From assembly GCA_030053915.1 (NCBI GenBank), contig JASGCT010000003.1, forward strand, positions 8,779 to 72,778: a DNA stretch of 64,000 nucleotides, written 5' to 3'. The translations under genes were made by a program, and so were the position numbers. The notes under the pieces are model-generated. The model searched no databases, had not been told where the DNA came from, and saw nothing but the letters and a program-made list of their open reading frames with translations. This document shows, piece by piece, positions 19,309 through 28,204 of the stretch (positions within the stretch are counted from its first letter, which is position 1; each line of letters opens with the position of its first letter). The DNA is from Alphaproteobacteria bacterium (GTDB taxonomy: Bacteria > Bacteroidota > Bacteroidia > Chitinophagales > Chitinophagaceae).

Positions 19309-20085
19309 TTAATTTTCTAAAGGTCTAACCCAAATATTAGCAAAACTTATAGGATTGCCACCATCAAATCCATGATCTTGCAATAAAATAGGTAATTTGT
19401 CTGCATGTTTTTCATATTGTGGTGCGCCAACCCACACAGTATTTCCATAAATGGTTACATTATTTTGAATTAAAATACCGTTTAAAAAAACGGTGATAGT
19501 TGCAGGGCGTAATACAATTCCATTGTCAGAAAAAATAGGTCGCATAAAAATAATATCATAATATTGCCATTCTCCTGGCGGTTTTGAAGGATTAGCAAGA
19601 GGAATATGTTGCTTATAAACACTGCCAACTTGACCATTGCTATAGGTAGAATTATTAAAATTATCTAATAGTTGAAGCTCATAACGTTTCATAAAATAGA
19701 TACCGCTATTACCCCGTGATTGTCCTGAACCTGCAATGTCTGATGGCATTTTAAATTCTAAATGCAGTTGGCAACTTCCAAATTTTTCTTTACTTTGAAT
19801 ATCACCAGATCCTTTTACAACTGTCATAGTTCCATCGTTATTTAATGTCCATGCAGCTTTGGATTTATCTTTCTTTTCAAAATTATCTAAATTTTTCCCA
19901 TCGAATAAAATAATAGCATCACTAGGAGGTGCCCCACAGGTTTTACCAGGGGTAACAACAGGAGGCACAGGCTGCCATTGTTCGCTTTTAGCAGCTTCTT
20001 TGGCAAGACTGTCCATATTATTTTGAGCTTGATTTTTATTGACCAAAGTTATCAATAATAATAAAAGTAATAATTTTGATTTCAT
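19309..20085 (-). CDS. secreted DUF1080 (3-keto-disaccharide hydrolase-like, concanavalin-fold) protein
   Basis: 258 aa with a signal peptide. DUF1080-type strings are present: GNSGIYF…YELQLLDN…GEWQYYDIIF…LQDHG…FANIWVRPL. Confidence 0.65.
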   Translation of the reverse strand: MKSKLLLLLLLITLVNKNQAQNNMDSLAKEAAKSEQWQPVPPVVTPGKTCGAPPSDAIILFDGKNLDNFEKKDKSKAAWTLNNDGTMTVVKGSGDIQSKEKFGSCQLHLEFKMPSDIAGSGQSRGNSGIYFMKRYELQLLDNFNNSTYSNGQVGSVYKQHIPLANPSKPPGEWQYYDIIFMRPIFSDNGIVLRPATITVFLNGILIQNNVTIYGNTVWVGAPQYEKHADKLPILLQDHGFDGGNPISFANIWVRPLEN

Positions 20086-20097
20086 AATATATTTGTT

Positions 20098-21498
20098 TTA
20101 ATTAATTTGTATATACCCCCTGCAATGAATAGAATTACAAGAACATTGAAATGGTTCCATCAACCGATTTGAAAATTTAGCATAGTCTAAGGTGAGTTCT
20201 TCACCGGTTTTTACGTCTTTAGTTGTGTAAACATTGAGACCATGGTAAATAGTATTGGCATCGCAACAATGGTTTTGGGGTGCCCATTCGTTGGGGTCTA
20301 AATCCCATAAAATATAATGTGTATCAGATATAGGAAAAGCATATCGTTTAAAATCTTCGAAAGATTCTAATGACCAATTATTTTGTATATATTCTAATGT
20401 TACAATGCGTTGTGGCTTTTCTTCTCCTTTAAAAACCAAGGTGCCTTTGGCAATATCTTTAAGAGCAAATATGCCATAACCAGCATTTTTAGTGGGTTTA
20501 ATTTCGTAGAGTTTTTTGCGCACTTCAAATCGTTGTATGCCATCTTCGATGATTTTTTTTAAAAACCCTGAAGACTCTAAAGGGTCGTATTTTAAAATAT
20601 AATCCGCCGAGCCTTCTAATCCATTGGTATAAAATACAGAACATGCAAAATTTATTTCCAAAAAGAAAATTTCATTATTTTTATTTACTCTAAAATCTAA
20701 ACGGGCATAACCTTTGCCGTTAAAACCCTTAAATATATTGACACTTTGACGCCTAAGAGCATCATTGAGTTCTCCCGGGGCACATGGAATATTGGCTTCG
20801 GGATGGAGCTCGGACGTTTTTTGTTGATATGTTTTATATTTGTAATGTGAAGGGAAAATATACTGAATGGGGTTCAATGCCACATATTCTTGAATAACTG
20901 CATCGTGATAAACTAAGACCGTATATTCGTCCCCATCAATAAATTCTTCTATTAACACATCTTTAAATTCTAATAAAACCGACTTGACTTTTTTAGTAAG
21001 ATCTTTAAAATTATGCACCAGCGAATTTGTGTCAATACCCAAACTATCGCCAGCTTTTGCAGGTTTAATAAATAATGGATATTTTAAATTTTCTAGCCTA
21101 ACTAATTGTTCTATTTTCTCAATATAATGATAATGTGGCGTTTTAACACCTTGACAAAATGCTACATATTTCATAAGCTTCTTCGAGGGATCGTATAAAT
21201 TTATAGGACTACCTGTATAAGGTAAATCTAATAAATCTAAACAATATATAACATCAATGGAAGGTATCTTCCACTCTAAATAACCTTCGCATAAATTAAC
21301 AAAAATATCAAACCCTTGGTATTTTAAGGTTTTTAATTGACTATAGGTTGTTAATTTATTTAAAAGTATGTAAGTAAAATGGGCTTCTGGGATTAAATGA
21401 TTTAAATTCCTTACAGGATCATAATATTTATATGCAACATTTGTAGTTGAGTAATCTGGTTGAAGTACACAAATTTTTAATCCTTTAAACTGTATCAT
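20098..21498 (-). CDS. fusion protein: Ddl-like ATP-grasp ligase domain + C-terminal SET/post-SET methyltransferase domain
   Basis: 466 aa. ATP-grasp strings: YPLFIKPAKAGDSLGI, IEEFIDGDEYTV, YARLDFRV…FFLEINF. SET strings: GYGIFA, NHCCDAN, EELTLDY. Post-SET: CSCNSIHC. Confidence 0.75.
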   Translation of the reverse strand: MIQFKGLKICVLQPDYSTTNVAYKYYDPVRNLNHLIPEAHFTYILLNKLTTYSQLKTLKYQGFDIFVNLCEGYLEWKIPSIDVIYCLDLLDLPYTGSPINLYDPSKKLMKYVAFCQGVKTPHYHYIEKIEQLVRLENLKYPLFIKPAKAGDSLGIDTNSLVHNFKDLTKKVKSVLLEFKDVLIEEFIDGDEYTVLVYHDAVIQEYVALNPIQYIFPSHYKYKTYQQKTSELHPEANIPCAPGELNDALRRQSVNIFKGFNGKGYARLDFRVNKNNEIFFLEINFACSVFYTNGLEGSADYILKYDPLESSGFLKKIIEDGIQRFEVRKKLYEIKPTKNAGYGIFALKDIAKGTLVFKGEEKPQRIVTLEYIQNNWSLESFEDFKRYAFPISDTHYILWDLDPNEWAPQNHCCDANTIYHGLNVYTTKDVKTGEELTLDYAKFSNRLMEPFQCSCNSIHCRGYIQIN

Positions 21499-21502
21499 GA
21501 AT

Positions 21503-22621
21503 TTAAAATTTTATAGTTCGTCTGGCAAAAGCGTCATTAATGATATCAATGACTAAATCATCGAATCCAAGATTACTATATTTTAATATGGCACCTATAG
21601 ATGTAAAATTTTCATCTTCACTTAAACCACATTGCGCATTTACTTCTAAAACGTAGCAAGTTTTGGTTTGGGTATCGTATCTTAAATCAACACGAGCATA
21701 ACCCATTCCCTTTAAGGCACAAAAGGCTTGCCAGCTTAAAGATTTTATCTCTTCAATAAGTTCTGGAGGTGGTAAATGATATTGAAAAAAATCTTCTTGG
21801 TTAGGCATAGAGGATTCATTTTCATAAATTTCCCAAAGCCTTTCATAAGACAAGAATTTTTCTTCTTCTGGTAACGATGCATGAAATATGCGTTCAACAG
21901 GTGTATATATTTTAGCTAATTTTGGGAATGAGTAACTGCCTACTATAAAAGTAGTAAATTCGCACCCTTTAATAAACGATTCAGCTAAAAATCCGCCATG
22001 ATTAAGTTTCCATTCGGACGTATTTGATTTTTTTAGTTTGAGGTATATTTTTTTAAATTCATCAAAACTGTTAACAACATTTTGTACGCCAATGCCTAAA
22101 CTTCCGGCAGATACAGATGGCTTTATAATAATAGGTTTGGTAATACTATCAAAAACTTGTTGCAGATTAGAATCTAACAGCACTTTCCAAAAACTCGTAC
22201 AAACTTGATGTTCATCAAAACATGATTTCATTTTAATTTTAGAAGTTGTTATATTATAAAAATAGGTATCGGCGCCTGTATAAACTAATTGTAATTCATT
22301 TAAATATTGAATGATATTCAAACCTGGTACATCGTTTATGTCATCACCGTCACACATATTAAAAACAACTGGAAAACAAACCCCATCTTCTTTTTCTCTT
22401 TTTATTTTTGAAATTTTCTCTTTATAGTTTTTATTGGTGATAGCTAACCAGACCCAACTGATGTTTAAAGTTTGAAAACAGGTTTCAAATTCTTTATAAC
22501 TTTCTTTAAAGTCATAATAATAGTTGATATCTTGGTTACATGTTAATACATGAGGTACTAAAACCCAAACCTTTAAATGTCCACTTGGAACAAAAGGCAA
22601 AAATCGTTTATCTAATGCCAT
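21503..22621 (-). CDS. Ddl-like ATP-grasp ligase (paralogue of the N-terminal part of the next gene)
   Basis: 372 aa with PIIIKPSVSAGSLGI, ESFIKGCEFTTF and YARVDLRY…YVLEVNAQCG. The gap to the downstream ATP-grasp-SET gene is 4 bp. Confidence 0.7.
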   Translation of the reverse strand: MALDKRFLPFVPSGHLKVWVLVPHVLTCNQDINYYYDFKESYKEFETCFQTLNISWVWLAITNKNYKEKISKIKREKEDGVCFPVVFNMCDGDDINDVPGLNIIQYLNELQLVYTGADTYFYNITTSKIKMKSCFDEHQVCTSFWKVLLDSNLQQVFDSITKPIIIKPSVSAGSLGIGVQNVVNSFDEFKKIYLKLKKSNTSEWKLNHGGFLAESFIKGCEFTTFIVGSYSFPKLAKIYTPVERIFHASLPEEEKFLSYERLWEIYENESSMPNQEDFFQYHLPPPELIEEIKSLSWQAFCALKGMGYARVDLRYDTQTKTCYVLEVNAQCGLSEDENFTSIGAILKYSNLGFDDLVIDIINDAFARRTIKF

Positions 22622-22681
22622 AAATGCACAACATGAAGATAAAAGTAACTAAATAAAAGAATCATTTAAAAAAATATTTAA

Positions 22682-22689
22682 CAAAATTA
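22682..22689 (-). promoter_or_regulatory. -7 box TAATTTTG for the ATP-grasp operon
   Basis: Matches TAnnTTTG on the minus strand, 60 nt upstream of start 22621, in the 108-bp gap after metF. Confidence 0.4.
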
Positions 22690-22729
22690 TTATAAATAAT
22701 TCTAATAAACAAATTTTTAGTAATATATT

Positions 22730-23683
22730 TTAAAAAATATTTTTTATAACGTTTTTAATTACCTCGGGTTTACCAAGTGTATAATAATGTAAAACGGGTA
22801 CACCCAGTTTTTTAAGTTCTTTACTTTGTTGTATAAGCCATTCAGTACCAATGGTTTCAAATTCTTTGTCTGTTTTTGATTTATGTAATTCATGTGATAA
22901 AGCATAAGGAATTTCAATATTAAATATTTTAGGTAGGGTATGAAGTTGATTTTTGTTTGTTAAAGGTTTTAAACCAGGTATGATAGGCACGTTAATACCG
23001 ATTTGTCTGCATTTTTCTACGTAATTAATATATTTTGCGTTATCAAAAAACATTTGGGTCATAATATAAGAAGCCCCAGCCTCAACTTTTTGCTTAGTAA
23101 AATAGACGTCTTCATCAAGGTTGGGTGATTCGATGTGTTTTTCGGGATAGCCTGCAATACCCATACAAAAATTTGTGTTACTTCCGTTAATAATATCTGT
23201 ATCAAGATAGATACCTTTATTAAGTGCTTGAATTTGATTTACTAATTGAATAGCATAATTATGTCCATTTTTATTGGCTTCAAATTGGGATTCGTTTTTG
23301 GGTGGGTCGCCTCTTAATACTAACACATTATCAATCCCTAAAAAGTGCAAATCAATTAAAGCGTCCTCTGTTTCACGTTTACTAAAACCTCCGCAAATTA
23401 AATGGGGTACAGCTTCAATTTTATAATAATTTTTAATAGCTGCACAAATTCCAACAGTCCCAGGTCGTTTTCTAATCTCAACCTTTTCGAAATTTCCGCT
23501 TTCATTTTTCCGAAACATGGTTTCGCTGCGGTGATAAGTAACATTTATCCAAGACGGATTAAATTCTACTAATTTATCTAAATGAGAAAACAAATCTGTT
23601 ATTTTTTTCCCTTTAAGAGGAGGCAAAATTTCCAATGATAGTAAGGTGTTAGGGGCGTTGTTTATTGTATCTATAATATGCAT
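22730..23683 (-). CDS. metF: 5,10-methylenetetrahydrofolate reductase
   Basis: 317 aa with typical MetF N-terminal text (…SLEILPPLKG…) and a TIM-barrel family layout. Confidence 0.85.
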   Translation of the reverse strand: MHIIDTINNAPNTLLSLEILPPLKGKKITDLFSHLDKLVEFNPSWINVTYHRSETMFRKNESGNFEKVEIRKRPGTVGICAAIKNYYKIEAVPHLICGGFSKRETEDALIDLHFLGIDNVLVLRGDPPKNESQFEANKNGHNYAIQLVNQIQALNKGIYLDTDIINGSNTNFCMGIAGYPEKHIESPNLDEDVYFTKQKVEAGASYIMTQMFFDNAKYINYVEKCRQIGINVPIIPGLKPLTNKNQLHTLPKIFNIEIPYALSHELHKSKTDKEFETIGTEWLIQQSKELKKLGVPVLHYYTLGKPEVIKNVIKNIF

Positions 23684-23687
23684 AGCC

Positions 23688-23695
23688 GCAAAGTT
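23688..23695 (-). promoter_or_regulatory. -7 box TAACTTTG for metF
   Basis: Matches TAnnTTTG on the minus strand, only 4 nt upstream of start 23683. Confidence 0.5.
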
Positions 23696-23762
23696 ACAAT
23701 TTTTTTAGATTTCATCGTGTTTTATAATATATTTTTTTAAATATTTTAAAAAATTAGGGCTA

Positions 23763-23850
23763 TTTTTTTTTATTTTTTTTATTTTTGCATTTTTTTTGCA
23801 TTTTTTTTGCATTTTTTTATTTTTCATTTATTTTTCATTTTTTTTTTCAA
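23763..23850. repeat. phased T-tract array (about 9 T5-T9 runs at a 9-12 bp period, including 3 x GCATTTTTTTT)
   Basis: Interrupting bases fall at 23763, 23773, 23782, 23788-90 (GCA), 23799-801 (GCA), 23810-12 (GCA), 23820, 23826-27, 23837-38 and 23849-50. The array lies in the metF/mdh divergent intergenic region. Confidence 0.9.
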
Positions 23851-23868
23851 TTAAAAGAAAAATTCATT

Positions 23869-23876
23869 ATCTTTGC
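23869..23876 (+). promoter_or_regulatory. -7 box TATCTTTG for mdh
   Basis: Matches TAnnTTTG, 32 nt upstream of ATG 23909 and immediately downstream of the phased T-tract array. Confidence 0.5.
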
Positions 23877-23908
23877 TCAAATTTTATTAAAATTACAAAT
23901 TATATATT

Positions 23909-24838
23909 ATGAAAATGAGTATTATAGGTGCAGGCGCTGTGGGAGCAACATCGGCTGATAATATTGCCAGACGCGATTTAGTTCAAGAATTGATTTTGTT
24001 GGATATTAAAGAAGGCGTAGCTGAAGGCAAAGCCCAAGATATCATGCAAACTAAAGGATTGTTAAATTATGATACGACTGTTATTGGAGTAACGAATGAT
24101 TATAAAGCTACGGCTGATTCAGAAATCGTTGTTATTACATCTGGTTTGCCCCGTAAACCTGGAATGACTCGTGAAGAATTAATCGGAACTAATGCTGGTA
24201 TTGTACAATCAGTTGTTGAGAATGTTTTAACACATTCACCTAATACTATTATAGTTATCGTAAGCAATCCTATGGATACAATGACTTATTTAACCCTTAA
24301 AAAATCTGGTCTCCCTAAAAATAAAATTATTGGTATGGGGGGAATCTTAGATAGTGCACGATTTAAATATCAAATTTCTAAACATCTCCATTGCGCCCCT
24401 ACCGATCTAAATGCTATTGTAGTTGGCGGACATGGCGATACTACCATGATACCTTTAATTAAACACGCTACTTGGAACAGTATTCCAGTTCGTGATTTAT
24501 TAAGCGAAGATATACAAAATACCATCATTCAAGATACGATGGTAGGAGGTGCAACTTTAACAAAATTATTAGGCACTTCGGCTTGGTACGGACCAGGCGC
24601 CTCGGTTGCTCATTTATCCGAAGCAATTATCAATGATGAAAAAAGATTGGTAAGCTGCTGTGTTTATTTAGAAGGTGAATATAATCAAAATAACATTTGC
24701 TTAGGAGTTCCCGTAGTCATTGGTAAATCGGGATGGGAATCAATTCAAAATATAAAATTAAGCCCTGAGGAACAAGCTAGTTTTGAAAAAAGTGCTCAAA
24801 ATGTTAGAGTTATGAATGATGTTCTAAAAATTTCATAA
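23909..24838 (+). CDS. mdh: malate dehydrogenase (LDH-like family)
   Basis: 309 aa with IIGAGAVGA, SGLPRKPGMTREEL and GGHGDTMIP-type motifs. Confidence 0.9.
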   Translation: MKMSIIGAGAVGATSADNIARRDLVQELILLDIKEGVAEGKAQDIMQTKGLLNYDTTVIGVTNDYKATADSEIVVITSGLPRKPGMTREELIGTNAGIVQSVVENVLTHSPNTIIVIVSNPMDTMTYLTLKKSGLPKNKIIGMGGILDSARFKYQISKHLHCAPTDLNAIVVGGHGDTTMIPLIKHATWNSIPVRDLLSEDIQNTIIQDTMVGGATLTKLLGTSAWYGPGASVAHLSEAIINDEKRLVSCCVYLEGEYNQNNICLGVPVVIGKSGWESIQNIKLSPEEQASFEKSAQNVRVMNDVLKIS

Positions 24839-24881
24839 TTTTTTTTAATTTTAGTAATCATTGCACAATTAAGAAATCAAT

Positions 24882-26306
24882 ATGTCAGAGTCGTTAACTA
24901 GTAAATGGTTAGATTGCCTTAAAATATTTAAAGATATCGTAGAATTAGATCATTATAAAACTTGGTTTGAACCTATTAAACCAATATCATTAGAACATAA
25001 TGTTTTAACAATTGAAGTCCCTTCACATTTTTTTTATGAATATATTGAAAAAGTTTATGTTAGTTTAATAGCTAAAACTTTAAAAAGAGTATGGGGAATA
25101 AATACTACTTTAGAATATCGCATCCCTGTTGATTCTGGATCGTCAAATCGTAATGGAAAAATGATTCTACCAACTAATAATGCGTTACATAATAACATCA
25201 ATACTCATGGCGGGCTTTGGAAGGAAGGAAGAATTGAAAACCCATATACTGTTCCAGGTTTAACAAGACCACGAATCGATTCGCAACTTAACCCGTCTTA
25301 TACTTTCGACAACTATATTTCAGGAAATTGTAATAAAACATTTATATTTGCAGGTAAAAAAATTGCCGAAACGCCGGGTTTAAATACTCCTTATAATCCC
25401 ATTGTTGTTTATAGTCAAGTAGGGCTTGGAAAAACCCATCTGGTTCATGCTATTGGTAATGACATTAAACGGTTGCATCCAAATTTAACAGTTCTTTACG
25501 TGAGTTGCGAAAAATTTATTAATCAATTTGCAGACCACTGTCAAAAAAGAATGGTAAATGACTTTATCCAATTTTATCAACATGTAGATGTATTAATATT
25601 AGACGATATTCAGTTTTTTAGCGTAGCCGAAAAATCTCAAGATGCATTTTTTGCAATTTTTAATCATTTGCATCAAAGCGGCAAACAATTAATTTTAACT
25701 TCAGACAAAGCACCCAAAGATTTACCCAATGTGGACGAACGACTGCTTAGTAGATTTAGATGGGGTTTAACCGGTGAATTAACCCAGCCCGACTTTGAAA
25801 CCAAGGTTAAAATAATAAACTTAAAACTTAAATTGCAAGGCAATAGTAATGTGGACCCTGATGTTATTAATTATATAGCCGAAAATGTAAACACTAATAT
25901 CAGAGACCTTGAAGGGGTTTTAATTTCTTTAATTGTGCATTCATCTTCTAACGACAAAGAAATGGATATTCGGTTAGCAAAAAAAGTATTAAAAAATATT
26001 GTTAAAGAACAAACTAAAGAGTTGACAATTGATATGATTCATAAAGTTACTTGTGAACATTTTGATATAAATTATCGAAAATTATTTGAAACAACTCGAA
26101 AAAGACAATATGTTCAGGCTCGACAAATTTGTATGTGGTTGGCAAAAAAATATACCGATAAAACCTTAGTAGAAATTGGTAAGCATTTTAACCATCACTA
26201 TTCAACAATTATTCATTCTATAAAAGCAGTAGATACAATGATTGAAACGAATCAACAAAATATGAAAGAAAATCTTGTAGATATAAAAAATAAAATGTAT
26301 TTATAA
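24882..26306 (+). CDS. dnaA: chromosomal replication initiator protein DnaA
   Basis: 474 aa with Walker A GLGKTHL, DDIQF, the sensor region, and the C-terminal DNA-binding helix ARQICMWLAKKYT…IGKHF…HSTIIHS. Confidence 0.95.
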   Translation: MSESLTSKWLDCLKIFKDIVELDHYKTWFEPIKPISLEHNVLTIEVPSHFFYEYIEKVYVSLIAKTLKRVWGINTTLEYRIPVDSGSSNRNGKMILPTNNALHNNINTHGGLWKEGRIENPYTVPGLTRPRIDSQLNPSYTFDNYISGNCNKTFIFAGKKIAETPGLNTPYNPIVVYSQVGLGKTHLVHAIGNDIKRLHPNLTVLYVSCEKFINQFADHCQKRMVNDFIQFYQHVDVLILDDIQFFSVAEKSQDAFFAIFNHLHQSGKQLILTSDKAPKDLPNVDERLLSRFRWGLTGELTQPDFETKVKIINLKLKLQGNSNVDPDVINYIAENVNTNIRDLEGVLISLIVHSSSNDKEMDIRLAKKVLKNIVKEQTKELTIDMIHKVTCEHFDINYRKLFETTRKRQYVQARQICMWLAKKYTDKTLVEIGKHFNHHYSTIIHSIKAVDTMIETNQQNMKENLVDIKNKMYL

Positions 26307-26330
26307 TTTTTATTTATTTAAAATAAAATG

Positions 26331-26338
26331 TATCTTTG
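26331..26338 (+). promoter_or_regulatory. -7 box TATCTTTG for tRNA-Ser
   Basis: Matches TAnnTTTG, 16 nt upstream of the mature tRNA 5' end. Confidence 0.5.
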
Positions 26339-26354
26339 CATATTGTTATAAATT

Positions 26355-26448
26355 GGTGAGGTGGATGAGTGGCTGAAATCAGCGGTTTGCTAAACCGCCG
26401 TACGAGCTAAAACTTGTACCGAGGGTTCGAATCCCTCCCTCACCGCCA
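26355..26448 (+). tRNA. tRNA-Ser (anticodon GCU), CCA encoded
   Basis: Acceptor GGTGAGG pairs with CCTCACC. The anticodon stem is GCGGT/ACCGC with loop TTGCTAA (GCT). It has a long class-II variable arm, a T arm GAGGG-TTCGAAT-CCCTC, discriminator G and CCA. Confidence 0.9.
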
Positions 26449-26466
26449 ATAATTGTATCTTAAAAT

Positions 26467-26474
26467 TAATTTTG
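26467..26474 (+). promoter_or_regulatory. -7 box TAATTTTG for the frameshifted MFS gene
   Basis: Matches TAnnTTTG, 24 nt upstream of ATG 26499. Confidence 0.45.
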
Positions 26475-26498
26475 TAATTTTACAAACCATTTTTTTTT

Positions 26499-28195
26499 AT
26501 GGCAGCAGATAATCATAAGCAGTCACTAAAATTTATTATTGCGGCTTCATCAGTAGGAACGATCATTGAGTGGTACGATTTTTATATTTTTGGTATTCTT
26601 TCAACCATTTTAGCTGATAAATTTTTCCCTCAAGATTACGGAAGTGCTGGTCTCCTTAGTACCTTAGCAATTTTTGCAGCTGGATTTATAATCCGTCCAT
26701 TTGGTGCTTTGTTTTTTGGTAGGTTAGGCGATTTAATTGGTAGAAAATTTACATTTTTAATTACGGTAATTTTAATGGGTGGATCTACTTTTGCGATAGG
26801 TTTGATACCACCTTTTGCCACAATCGGTTGGGTAGCACCAATAATCGTATTGTTTTTAAGACTCCTTCAAGGCTTAGCGATAGGGGGCGAATACGGGGGT
26901 GCTGCAGTTTATGTTGCTGAATATGCACCTATAAATAAAAAAGGCTATATTATACTAGTTGGATTCAAACCACAGCTATATTTGGTATAATAATAGCCTT
27001 AATTATTATACTAATTTTAAGAGGAGATAGTTCAGAATCCATTGCAAATTTTAGTAAAGACTGGGGTACTTGGCGCTATTGTTTTTGGTTTAGTGCAATT
27101 TTAGTTTTTATATCGTTAATCATTAGACTAAAAATGCAAGAATCACCACTTTTTTTGAAAATAAAAGAAACTGGAAAACATTCTAAAAACCCTTTAAAAG
27201 ATAGTTTTGGTAAAAAAGAAAATTTAAAATATATTTTATTAATATTATTTGGTGCTTTAATAGGCGAGGGGGTTATGGGTCCTGTCGGTGGCATTTATGG
27301 GCAAATATTTGTAGAAACTATTTGTAAAATTGATTTTTCACAAACGCGCTATATTATTTTGTATTCAAGTATTTTTTCAATGCCTTTTTATGTGTTTTTT
27401 GGCTGGATGAGCGATTTAGTAGGAAGAAAATGGCTTATACTTTCAGCTATGTTTCTTGGAATTTTATTCTATAAAATTATTTATATGAAAATTTTTAGCC
27501 TAACGGACGCTAAAAATAGAACTGAATTGGTTGTACACAAAAAATCAAACGTATCTTGTAAAGCATTTTTAAATCCCAAAAATCAAGATGAAATTTTAAT
27601 AGAAACAATATCCGATACGGTTTATTCTGACCAAAGTGTTTATAGATACACAAGTATTGATACCGTGTTATTAGCAAAAACTTTTGTACCGCCTCAACTG
27701 GGGTTTATTAAAATAAATAACGCCTCAAAAAACGATAGTTTTCAAAATTTAAGTATCGTTAAATTTGTTACATCTAGTAACATAAAATCCGATGCATCAC
27801 TCGTATTAAATTTAACCAATCATTTAGTTTTTAAAGACCAAAATCAAACAGTAATCAAAACAGTGGGCTCTAAAATATTTTGGAATATCGTAGGTTTGTT
27901 TTTAATTTTAAATATAATATTTACAATGATTTATGGACCAATAGCCGCTTTTTTGGTTGAATCATTTCCAACTCATATACGATATACAGCAGTGTCTTTA
28001 CCTTATCATATAGGTAACGGTATATTTGGTGGGTTAGTCCCTTTTTTGGGTATTTTATTATTTGAAATGAGCAAAACTGTACAATTGCCGGCTGGAGATA
28101 TTTTAATTGGGCTTAATTATCCCATTGCAATCTTATCCTTATCTTTCATTATTGGGCTTGTTTTTTTAAAAAACAATAAAAATATTAAATTATAA
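26499..28195 (+). pseudogene. MHS-type MFS transporter (ProP/KgtP-like) interrupted by a frameshift near 26946-26953
   Basis: The frame-3 ORF 26499-26990 (…WYDFYIFG…, AEYAPINKKGY) ends in out-of-frame junk. From 26948, frame 2 reads YYTSWIQTTAIFG…WGTWRYCFWFSAIL…RLKMQESPLF without a stop and runs into track ORF 27134-28195. Confidence 0.7.
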
Positions 28196-28204
28196 GATTA
28201 AAAT

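Noticed and set aside
23684-26498. Possible oriC adjacent to dnaA (spacers 23684-23908, 24839-24881 and 26307-26498).
   Set aside because: I found no cluster of TTATCCACA/TGTGGATAA-like boxes in these spacers. The TGTGGATAC strings elsewhere are just Cys-Val-Asp-Thr codons of the giant-protein repeats. The presence of dnaA alone does not place the origin, so whole-genome skew is needed.
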